Made by a program: the position numbers and the translations under genes
Notes under the pieces: generated by a model
The model's database searches: none
Told to the model about the DNA's origin: nothing
What the model saw: the letters and a program-made list of their open reading frames with translations, nothing else
Assembly (NCBI GenBank): GCA_038858525.1
Contig: JAWCFL010000042.1
Location: 1-14,672 of the forward strand
DNA: 14,672 bases
Direction: 5' to 3'
Source: Candidatus Jordarchaeales archaeon
GTDB lineage: Archaea > Asgardarchaeota > Jordiarchaeia > Jordiarchaeales > Freyrarchaeaceae
In this document: one piece after another, positions 1-7,820 of the stretch
How the letters are laid out: each line of letters starts with the position of its first letter
Position numbering within the stretch: position 1 is the stretch's first letter

Positions 1-98
1 GGAACATTGCCATGAAGCTCTTGATGTGCCGTCCTTTACCGTTGGCGGCGAAAGCCACCGATGAATTTAAAGAGGTGGAACGGATAGTCATAAAATGA
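1..98 (+). mobile_element. Possible 3' end of an IS200/IS605 TnpB-like gene, truncated by the window edge
   Basis: Frame 3 reads NIAMKLLMCRPLPLAAKATDEFKEVERIVIK, with stop TGA at 96-98. The leading 'gg' is compatible with a Trp codon, giving W-N-I-A-M-K-L-L, which recalls the NAAxNI/GAWNI RuvC-III tail of TnpB proteins. Only 31 residues are visible, so this is weak. Confidence 0.3.
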
Positions 99-228
99 TA
101 ACTATCCGACAACGGTTCATGCCGCCATGAAGCTTGGTTCCGAGTAGAAGTTTGAACTTTGGTGGAGGTTGGACTTCTGCTTACTTAAACTGCTGCTACA
201 ACCCACAGCGGCCAGCGAGAACAGTCAC
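40..228 (+). ncRNA. Candidate structured RNA (three stem-loops), possibly a TnpB omega/reRNA
   Basis: Hairpin 40-63 has a GAAA tetraloop, one mismatch and two G.U pairs. Hairpin 81-108 has a perfect 8-bp stem, CGGATAGT/ACTATCCG. Hairpin 144-180 has about 16 bp with several G.U pairs. The G.U pairs work on the + strand only. Confidence 0.3.
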
Positions 229-330
229 TTGTGGCATTTACATGTCTCTTGACCCCTTCTTGTTCATCTAGCTTTGTCTTGGGTTAGTTACGTTTTTAGT
301 TTATTTAGCCTTATTTCAACGGGGATGGTG

Positions 331-1350
331 ATGGGATCTATTGAGCGTGGTGCTAAGGTTTTCAGGGTTGAGGATATTCCATTGGTTGGCTGCATCGCCT
401 TCGGATTGATTGACAGAGGCACTAACTTGATCCAGGTAAGACCGACTTCCACCTGTCCTCTCTCATGCGTTTTTTGTTCGACTGACTCGGGTCCCAAATC
501 GAGGGGTAGGCTTGCCGAGTATGTGGTTTCTCTGGATTGCCTCGTAGAGGAGTTTAGAAGACTGGCTTCTGTTAAGGGAGGCGGAGTTGAGGCTCACATT
601 GACACGGTTGGAGACCCACTGACTTATCCTTGGATTGTCGAGCTGGTTTCGGAGTTAAGAGGAGTGAAGGGTGTTGATGTCGTCTCCATGCAGACTCACG
701 GCTCTCTTCTCAACGAGAAACTTCTTGATGATCTTTCATCCGCTGGGCTCTCTAGGATCAATCTTTCAATAGACGCTATGGATGCCGAGTTAGCTAGGAG
801 GCTTTCAGATACCGAGTGGTACGATGTTAAACGTGTGGCTGAGCTCGCCAAGTACATCGTAGATAACACGTCTATCGATCTTCTGGTGGCTCCCGTATGG
901 GTGCCAAATTTAAATGACCAAGAAATTCCTAGGATAATCGAGTTCGCGCTTAGCATAGGAGCAGGAAAAAAGTGGCCTCCATTAGGAGTGCAGAAGTATG
1001 AGGCACATAAACGTGGAAGAAAACCGAGGGGGGCGCGTCCTCTCTCGTGGCAGAAGTTTTATGCTGAGCTGAAAGAGTGGGAGGAGGAGTTTAAGGTCAA
1101 GCTGAGACTGTCGCCTGAGGATTTCCTGATAAAGAAGGCTTCTTCTCTCCCCATACCTTACAAGAGGTTTGAGAGGGTTTCAGTTAGAGTTGTGGGGCCA
1201 GGTTGGCTTAAGGGAGAAAAGCTGGCCGTCACGTCCAGAGGGGACAGGGTGCTCACACTTGTGGGTGCGGACCACATACCAGTGGGGGCAAGCTTGAAGG
1301 CAAGGATTCTCGTCAACAAGCATAACATTTACGTTGCCGAGCCCGTCTGA
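331..1350 (+). CDS. Radical SAM protein with a C-terminal TRAM-like beta-barrel (resembles the uncharacterised archaeal COG2100 family)
   Basis: CPLSCVFC is a CxxxCxxC motif. The N-terminal IPLVGCIAFGLIDRGTNLIQVRP block is typical of this archaeal family as I recall it. The likely start is ATG 331 (or ATG 325/GTG 328) after GGGGATGGTG, rather than TTG 274 from the ORF track. Confidence 0.88.
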   Translation: MGSIERGAKVFRVEDIPLVGCIAFGLIDRGTNLIQVRPTSTCPLSCVFCSTDSGPKSRGRLAEYVVSLDCLVEEFRRLASVKGGGVEAHIDTVGDPLTYPWIVELVSELRGVKGVDVVSMQTHGSLLNEKLLDDLSSAGLSRINLSIDAMDAELARRLSDTEWYDVKRVAELAKYIVDNTSIDLLVAPVWVPNLNDQEIPRIIEFALSIGAGKKWPPLGVQKYEAHKRGRKPRGARPLSWQKFYAELKEWEEEFKVKLRLSPEDFLIKKASSLPIPYKRFERVSVRVVGPGWLKGEKLAVTSRGDRVLTLVGADHIPVGASLKARILVNKHNIYVAEPV

Positions 1351-1378
1351 AGACTAATGAATTGCTGCCTTTTTGGTT

Positions 1379-3175
1379 TTAGGAGGAACTCGATAGTTTC
1401 TCTTCAAGGAGTTCTTCCAGTTCTCTTCTCACTTTTTCGACGTCTATTTTTCCGCTACTCGACAATGCCATCTCGTCTTTGACTAATATTAGGCGTGGTC
1501 TTAACGCTAAGGGAAGGTTACGGCTACACCAGTCTTCAATTTCCTTCTCAGATAGCTTCCCTCTGTACTCTCTTTTTGGCTCGACCATTAGTGCAAGTAT
1601 GTTTCCGTGTTTGGGGTGAGAGACCATTAGAGCTTTGGCGACGCCTACGGCGGGGTGATCGAGCAAGCGTCTTTCCACTTCGACAGGGTATACTTCGAGT
1701 TCTCCTACATCTCGAATTCGCCCCATAAAGTAGAGGAAGCCGTCTTCGTCATATCTTCCCAGGTCTCCTGTCCGAAGCCACCCCCCAATGAACTTTTCCC
1801 TTGTCTCCTTGGGCCTGTTAAAGTATTCCTTGGCTAAAGACGGCGACTTGATCATTATTTCGCCTACCTCTCCTATGGGGAGTAGCTCCCCCGTCTTTGG
1901 GTCGACTATCTTTATTAGGGTTCCCGGGACAGGTATCCCGCAGAAAACTCCGCCATACTTTTCAGCCCGCCTCAGATCGAAGTCCTCCCTGTGGAAGCCG
2001 CCAGCTATAGTGTCTTTGGTGTGAGTTTCAGTTAGCCCGTAGCTTGACTCGCAGAGCACTGTTCCGGTAAAGCTAAGCCATTCTCTTCTGAGGCGGGATG
2101 TTAAATAAGTCTTTATACTGCTCCCGATGCAACTCTTAAGGGAGCGAAGGTTGTATCTTCCGATTTTCGGGTGCCTTAAAAGGTCCTCGTAGAAGCTGAA
2201 CTCGAGGAATGTTGACGTCACATGGTACTTTTCGATGGCGTATAGGGCGTATTCGGGGTCCCACTTGATCATTAGAACCACGGTTCCCCCGGCGAATATC
2301 GGTGCGTCGACGCATGCCAGCTTACCGGCCACCCAGAACGCGGGCATAACTCCGAGGTGTACTCCTCCCTCGGCGTGCTTCATTATTGTTTCAGCGTCGA
2401 GCTGCCGGTCCCCGTAAACGTCAACTATCAACGCACTAGGAGAGTAAGTACAGGCTACGGCGGTCTTGAAGAGGATGTTCCAGTGAGTGTGGAGGCAAGC
2501 CCTCGGAACCCCGTAGCTTCCCCCGGTAAATATTATTAACGCATCATCATCGAGCGAAACCCTGACCTCCACGCGTCCCTTACTCTCCTCTAGGAGCTTG
2601 ACAAGGCTCAACCCGTAAGCTTGCTCATGCTTGGACTTAACCTCAGGCGGCGCTTTCTCATCAGGCTCTGTTGCGAAGTCAGAGAGGCTTGTGGTTATTA
2701 AGTGTTTCACTCCGCCAATTTTCTTTGAAACGTTCACGGTCAAGGGATAGAGGCTATCTGTGCAGACGACAGCCTTCGGTTTAACTTCCTCTAACATGTA
2801 CTCTATTCCCGACCTTCCAGCCAAAGGATTTATGAGAGCACACGTGCACCCGGCTTTAAGCGTCCCGAAATACGTTATGTGGAACTGGGGGCAGTTGGGA
2901 AGCTGAAGGGCCACCACGTCTCCTTTACCTAAACCCTGCCTATTTAAGAAGAACGCGAATCGCTCACTCAGCTCGTCCAGTAATCCATAAGATAGACTTG
3001 ACCCATAGTAGATCAAAGCAGTCTTTTCGGGATGAACATGGGCTCTTCTCCTCAAATAGTCGAAAACAGGTATTTGCCCGTATGGGTAAACAGGCTCCTT
3101 AGGTAATGAGCGAGGCCATTTAAGTTCCCACTTCCTCATTAAAGCCTCAAAATAACTGTTCTCATCCAACCACAA
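1379..3175 (-). CDS. AMP-binding enzyme, long-chain acyl-CoA synthetase-like
   Basis: ANL-superfamily motifs are present: VALQLPNCPQF, a P-loop variant FTGGSYGVPRA, SYGLTE, GWLRTGDLG, YPVEVE and SGKI (catalytic Lys). A GGTGG RBS lies just upstream of the TTG start. Confidence 0.92.
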   Translation of the reverse strand: MWLDENSYFEALMRKWELKWPRSLPKEPVYPYGQIPVFDYLRRRAHVHPEKTALIYYGSSLSYGLLDELSERFAFFLNRQGLGKGDVVALQLPNCPQFHITYFGTLKAGCTCALINPLAGRSGIEYMLEEVKPKAVVCTDSLYPLTVNVSKKIGGVKHLITTSLSDFATEPDEKAPPEVKSKHEQAYGLSLVKLLEESKGRVEVRVSLDDDALIIFTGGSYGVPRACLHTHWNILFKTAVACTYSPSALIVDVYGDRQLDAETIMKHAEGGVHLGVMPAFWVAGKLACVDAPIFAGGTVVLMIKWDPEYALYAIEKYHVTSTFLEFSFYEDLLRHPKIGRYNLRSLKSCIGSSIKTYLTSRLRREWLSFTGTVLCESSYGLTETHTKDTIAGGFHREDFDLRRAEKYGGVFCGIPVPGTLIKIVDPKTGELLPIGEVGEIMIKSPSLAKEYFNRPKETREKFIGGWLRTGDLGRYDEDGFLYFMGRIRDVGELEVYPVEVERRLLDHPAVGVAKALMVSHPKHGNILALMVEPKREYRGKLSEKEIEDWCSRNLPLALRPRLILVKDEMALSSSGKIDVEKVRRELEELLEEKLSSSS

Positions 3176-3339
3176 CCACCAGCTAGAAAAACGATAACAA
3201 GCAATATCACTAGAATATTTTTAATTTTTTTAATTAAAAAATTTAGGGGGACCTTTTCGAGGAATGAGGAGTAATGCCTGTTTCGGGGCTGCCATAAGCC
3301 TAAATTTATTCCGCTTAAAATATGGGGCTAAGTTAATGG

Positions 3340-3356
3340 TTTTAAAGAAAAAAGGG
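3340..3356 (-). terminator. T-rich archaeal terminator candidate after the methyltransferase
   Basis: The minus strand reads CCCTTTTTTCTTTAAAA immediately after the TAA stop at 3357-3359. Confidence 0.45.
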
Positions 3357-4415
3357 TTAGTTTTTGACCGCTATTGCGAAGTTTGAGAGGAAAAAGCTGT
3401 ACTTTTTGAGTCCTGCTTCTTCAAAGAATCCTTTCAGTTCCTCTTCGCTGTAGGTTTTATTTCCTCCGAGTAGTTTCACTATGACGTCTGTGGTTGTGCT
3501 TTTTTCCCGCTTCTTCATGGGTGTCGCAGTCATGAAGGTACCCTTGCTCTTCATGGTCCTCGCTGCTTCGCAGATTATTTCTTGGGGATGGCTGCTCCAG
3601 TGTAACACTTGAAAGCTGAAGACCGCGTCCACATACTCGTCAGGTATGGGGAACGGCTTCCTCATCGACGGGTCAAGCTTAACGAATTCCACGTTCTCCA
3701 GGTCCTTGAGACGCTTAGATTCACCGTTCACTTTTACCTCTGCGTGCATGCACTCATCCACAACGTTCGGGAAAAAGTCCGCACACACGAGATGACAGTC
3801 AAATTCAAGGTAATTCAGTATCGTTATGGGCTCCACCCCGAAGCCGCAGCCCAAGTCGAGTATTTTTCTTCCTTTAAGGCTTGCTTTTCCGCCGCCAAGC
3901 TCGAGAAGCAGTCTCCTCCCCAAACCATAGGCTTCACTCGCAGTTTGGATGTAGAAAAGAGTTGCGACTTCTGGAGCCACGAAGTCGAAGCCAGCCCCCC
4001 TCAACACGTCAACCATGATCTCGTATAGGACCTTTTCAAATCCTGACAAGAGAGGTTCAGAGTCCCTGAACATCATGTTTCCCGACCGCCTCATTTCATG
4101 CAGCCTCTCGACCTCAGCCCTGTTCACCTTGTAATGCGCGTTCTGCTTCACCAAAACGGACTCGTCCACCAGCACTTCCAAAAGCTCCCTGAGGACATCT
4201 TCTCGCTTAACGTTTCCTATGAAGGAGGACACTTCACTCAGAGTTCTAGGCTCCTCGAGGAAGTCTAGGACGCCTATCTTGTCCAGACCTATGCAGAGGG
4301 CGAGGGCATTGACTTTTCTACCCATCACCGCCACTCTAATAGTTTTAAGGTTCTTCAACAAACTCAGAGAACACTTAAATTTACCCGAGAGCGAGATCCC
4401 AACCACCCCCTTCAA
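3357..4415 (-). CDS. Class I SAM-dependent methyltransferase with an N-terminal helical/winged-helix-like region
   Basis: Motifs are ILDLGCGFG (motif I), LVCADF, DAVFSFQVLHW and AARTMKSKGTF. The N-terminal LDFLEEPRTLSEVS...LRELLEVLVDESVL resembles the dimerisation/wHTH part of O-methyltransferases. The TTG start overlaps the TGA stop of the upstream gene (TTGA, 4412-4415). The true start could be a downstream ATG. Confidence 0.88.
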   Translation of the reverse strand: MKGVVGISLSGKFKCSLSLLKNLKTIRVAVMGRKVNALALCIGLDKIGVLDFLEEPRTLSEVSSFIGNVKREDVLRELLEVLVDESVLVKQNAHYKVNRAEVERLHEMRRSGNMMFRDSEPLLSGFEKVLYEIMVDVLRGAGFDFVAPEVATLFYIQTASEAYGLGRRLLLELGGGKASLKGRKILDLGCGFGVEPITILNYLEFDCHLVCADFFPNVVDECMHAEVKVNGESKRLKDLENVEFVKLDPSMRKPFPIPDEYVDAVFSFQVLHWSSHPQEIICEAARTMKSKGTFMTATPMKKREKSTTTDVIVKLLGGNKTYSEEELKGFFEEAGLKKYSFFLSNFAIAVKN

Positions 4416-5245
4416 ACAACGCTTATGACGCCGGTGTTTCGCAGACTTCTGTAGTTTCTAGCGAGAAGAGCGATCTGTTTCGGCGTAGCCGAGAGAAGGC
4501 ACTCGCCCAAAGTGTCGTAGCGCTCCAGGCTCTCCAAGAGAGCGTATAGGTCAGCTTCAATCCTACCGTTCAGGAGTTTTAGAGCCCTAGACGCCCTAAC
4601 CCTTCTCCTCAAGTCTACGAAAATGCTGGCGGAGTTCAGGTTGTACATGAAGGGGTTTGAAGCCGCGGAAGCTAAAACAGCCTGAGCAGCCGGGCTCGCA
4701 AGAATGTTGGGTTCCGTCAGCGTCGCCTGAGAAAGCATTTCCTGCATCATCTGGAATAGGTTCCTCTGCCAACCAACCGCTTTCGCGACAACCATCCTAT
4801 TATCTCCCGAGGCGAGCACCCAGAACTCGCGTCCCTCAAGCGAAGCAACCCTAGCAGTTTCCGCATAAGATAACACAAATTCGGGAGGAGTATCAGTGCT
4901 CCAGCGTGGAGTGCAGTATTTTTTCTCCCTCCAGTTCGCGAAGAGCACATCAGCATCGGACGGAACAGCTGCTCCCTGGATCTGAATCCACTTCTCGCCT
5001 GCAATCGCCTCCTTCACAACGGGGTACGTATAGCTACTCCTCGCACAGCCACGCTTATCTAAGTAGACCACCATGACGTGGTCGCCGTGATCCACGCTTA
5101 TAGGCGCAACACCAGCCACCTCAAGCTGCTCCCTAAACCAGGAAAGAGCATCCCCGTCAAGTTCAACTTCGTGGTGGACGTTCCCCCCGCACATGCGACA
5201 ATCAGCGTTTACTTTAAACTTCAAGCGATCTTCGCCTCCAAACAA
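4412..5245 (-). CDS. Hypothetical protein with an N-terminal CxxC...HxDH putative metal-binding module
   Basis: A 277-aa ORF of normal composition that overlaps the downstream methyltransferase start. It has CRMC at 5189-5200 and later ISVDHGDHVMVVYLDKRGCARS. Confidence 0.8.
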   Translation of the reverse strand: MFGGEDRLKFKVNADCRMCGGNVHHEVELDGDALSWFREQLEVAGVAPISVDHGDHVMVVYLDKRGCARSSYTYPVVKEAIAGEKWIQIQGAAVPSDADVLFANWREKKYCTPRWSTDTPPEFVLSYAETARVASLEGREFWVLASGDNRMVVAKAVGWQRNLFQMMQEMLSQATLTEPNILASPAAQAVLASAASNPFMYNLNSASIFVDLRRRVRASRALKLLNGRIEADLYALLESLERYDTLGECLLSATPKQIALLARNYRSLRNTGVISVV

Positions 5246-5312
5246 ATTTTTCTTTCCGAGTTGCGTAAATCACAAAATTAATGAAATCATGAGGAAACAC
5301 TTCAATATAATC

Positions 5313-5335
5313 TTAAAAATGCCATCCATTTTTAA
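5313..5335. promoter_or_regulatory. Perfect 9-bp inverted repeat TTAAAAATG-N5-CATTTTTAA overlapping a candidate minus-strand TATA box
   Basis: Read directly from the sequence. It lies 68-90 bp upstream of the 5245 start. The minus strand reads TTTAAAAA across 5336-5329. Confidence 0.4.
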
Positions 5336-5524
5336 ATATTTCTATCACAAAAAATGAAATTTATTGAATATTTTCTATATTCCTTTATGAACAAAAATTT
5401 TGTAATTTACACCGAAAATGTGGAAAAATTTTACCTTCCCTCCATTCACAAAGAGAAAAATAAAGAACAAGGAAAAATTCTGCCACAGATACCTGGAGGG
5501 GTCCTCGAGCAAAATACGCAACGA

Positions 5525-5537
5525 ACAAAATAAAAAA
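5525..5537 (-). terminator. T-rich terminator candidate after the 5'-nucleotidase gene
   Basis: The minus strand reads TTTTTTATTTTGT about 17 nt after the stop at 5554-5556. Confidence 0.45.
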
Positions 5538-5553
5538 GCGGGGAATGTGACTT

Positions 5554-7599
5554 CTACTTTTTCCTTCTGGAAGTTAAAGTCGCGACGGCCACAATTATTA
5601 CTAGTAGCGCTGTTGCCGCCGCACCAACCATAAGCGACGCGGACGTGGCTTGAGACTGGACAGTGCTCCCTACGGCATAAAGGGTCAACGTCACCCCGAG
5701 GTCTTCCGGGTTAAGAACAAACCATTGCCATACAGCTATTCTCCCCTGAGCGCTACTATACTTTTCAGGTATTTCCCCGCCCAGCGCATCTTTAAGGTAT
5801 ACCACTAGGGCTTGCCACTCCGGAACAATACTTGTCCCATTGAGTAATAGCACTTCTCGAATGAAGACTGCCTCAGACTCCATGCTTATTGGAGTCCCGT
5901 TCTCGTACTTTGGCTCAATGCGGAAGACTGGGTATTCCTCGTTCACCGTTGGGATTACGGAGGCTATCCACATGTCTACGCAGACATGGTACAGCTTGTC
6001 GTCCTCTATCGGTATGATCTTCCCGTCGTCCGTGATCTGCTCAAGCCGCATTACTTTCATCGTTGGGAGACCAGTCGGGTCATAGACATATCGTAGCCCC
6101 GACACCTGGAACAGGAAGCCTGCAGCTAGGGCGAACTCCAGCGCCTTCTTAACCTCGTAGCCGTAAAGGTAGAACGTGCAGAGAGGTGAGCCAACATATG
6201 GCCCCTGGTATGGTATTCCTCCCAGCGCGGCGACGCTTACCGCGTCATAAACAGTTATGTTTCCGCTTTCGCTCTTCAGCGCGTGGCGGAGAACCCCGCT
6301 CTCGATAAGGGCAAAGTCAACGGGCTTCCCAGTTATGTTAGCCGCAACCCACCTCATAGCGTCAGTTATAAGATCCCCTATTGGGTGCTCTTCATCTTCT
6401 GAACCTATCTCAACAACTCCCCTAGCCACCACCTTGTTATGACTCGGGCAACCAAAGTTCCCGATCACCCCATCTATCGCTGAAATGTACATATCGCGCG
6501 CACCGAGTATTGTGGTGTTGTCAGTTTCCTGTATTGTGTCGTTGATTTGTATTGCCTGGTAGCTTCTGACCATTACTCCTTTCCCGGGGGTTCCGAGCGT
6601 TAGGCTTATCTCGAGCTTTCCTAGGTATTCCATGAGGGCTTTGGCGTCGACTATCGTTGTGTTCGTCCCGTCGGGCCTGGCAACGTACTTGGGTTGCTCT
6701 AGCAGTTTGTGGTCGTGGCCGCCGACTATCACGTCTATTCCAGGAACCTTCTTCGCAAGTTCTACGTCCTCTTTCCAGCCGCTGTGTGAAAGCAGCACTA
6801 TTAGGTCTACTCCTTGACTCTTGAGGTATTCAACTTGCTCTCTGGCGACCTTGACTGGGTCCAGTATTTGGATGTTCCTCTGGTAGATTATGCTTTTGTT
6901 CGCGTCGTACCCGATCAGGGCGAAGAAGCCGATTTTAACCGTTCGTCCATTGGTCGTCACACTCATCGTGTGGTTCTTCCTTATAAAAGCGGACAGGCCA
7001 TAATGATCTTTAGTTATGTTTAGGTTGGAGCAAAGTATAGGAGGCAAAGTTAAGCCCTGAGCGGTAAAGGTAGAATTGGTATTGTTAAGTATTATGGAGA
7101 GGCCGTGGTCTGTGTAGTCGAACTCGTGGTTGCCTAGTCCGACGATGAGGTTTTCTCCTCCGATTAGGGTTAACAGGTGAAGTTCAGGTGAGACGTTCAG
7201 CGGTGAGGTGGCGCCTGTGCCTATCCAGGCGAAAGGTGTCCCCATGAGGAAGTCTCCTGCGACCAGTAGGAGGACTGCTTCGCCTCCGGCTGACTTCTCA
7301 CTTCTTATCTGTTCTACCAGTGCTGCTAGGCGGGTGATTCCTCCCATCGTCGGGTCGTTTTCCGTGCCGGGCTTGTAGTCCGCTAGCGGCCATGGTAGTA
7401 GCTCAGAGTGTATGTCACTTAGGTGAAGAATTGTCAGGTTAACAGTTACTGCTTCTTTGGCCGCGACGTCTCCCCGCGCTCCGAGAGAATTGATCATTAA
7501 TGGGGGAGTTGAAGCCCCGGCGTGTGTTGCTAGTGGCATGAGAGCTATGGCGGCGAGGAGAAACAGGAGGGCTATAGAAAGCAACCTACGCTTATACAT
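5554..7599 (-). CDS. Secreted, membrane-anchored 5'-nucleotidase/UDP-sugar hydrolase-type metallophosphoesterase
   Basis: It has a signal peptide (MYKRRLLSIALLFLLAAIALMPLATHAGA) and calcineurin-like motifs HLSDIHS, AGD, GNHEFD, LSH and GGHDH. A C-terminal 5'-nucleotidase-like domain (IGDLITDAMR, FQVSGLRYVYD) is followed by a hydrophobic helix and an RRKK tail. Confidence 0.92.
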   Translation of the reverse strand: MYKRRLLSIALLFLLAAIALMPLATHAGASTPPLMINSLGARGDVAAKEAVTVNLTILHLSDIHSELLPWPLADYKPGTENDPTMGGITRLAALVEQIRSEKSAGGEAVLLLVAGDFLMGTPFAWIGTGATSPLNVSPELHLLTLIGGENLIVGLGNHEFDYTDHGLSIILNNTNSTFTAQGLTLPPILCSNLNITKDHYGLSAFIRKNHTMSVTTNGRTVKIGFFALIGYDANKSIIYQRNIQILDPVKVAREQVEYLKSQGVDLIVLLSHSGWKEDVELAKKVPGIDVIVGGHDHKLLEQPKYVARPDGTNTTIVDAKALMEYLGKLEISLTLGTPGKGVMVRSYQAIQINDTIQETDNTTILGARDMYISAIDGVIGNFGCPSHNKVVARGVVEIGSEDEEHPIGDLITDAMRWVAANITGKPVDFALIESGVLRHALKSESGNITVYDAVSVAALGGIPYQGPYVGSPLCTFYLYGYEVKKALEFALAAGFLFQVSGLRYVYDPTGLPTMKVMRLEQITDDGKIIPIEDDKLYHVCVDMWIASVIPTVNEEYPVFRIEPKYENGTPISMESEAVFIREVLLLNGTSIVPEWQALVVYLKDALGGEIPEKYSSAQGRIAVWQWFVLNPEDLGVTLTLYAVGSTVQSQATSASLMVGAAATALLVIIVAVATLTSRRKK

Positions 7600-7820
7600 C
7601 TCTCTTCTCCCCTCTCTTTGGAGAGAAATATTGGTTTCTTTTTATAGATAAAGTTATTGATGCTCCGGGTTCTGAGCTACGTGGTCTTAGATAGACTTGC
7701 GTAGCTCTTGGGTTTTCACCAGCCTAGGGCTCCTCGCGAGTTCATTGGAGCCCTCATTGGCCTCTTCCCCTGTCAGGGTGAACCCTGATGTGCTTCACCC
7801 CGGTCTTCGGGTTCGCCCAA

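Noticed and set aside
77-118. Group II intron domain V-like look (GAAC...ACGGTTC)
   Set aside because: The catalytic AGC/CGC triad and D5 stem geometry do not fit, and no domain VI or AY end is evident.
274-330. N-terminal extension MSWVSYVFSLFSLISTG of the radical SAM ORF
   Set aside because: It depends on a TTG with no RBS and is T-rich like promoter DNA. A better RBS and ATG lie at 321-333.
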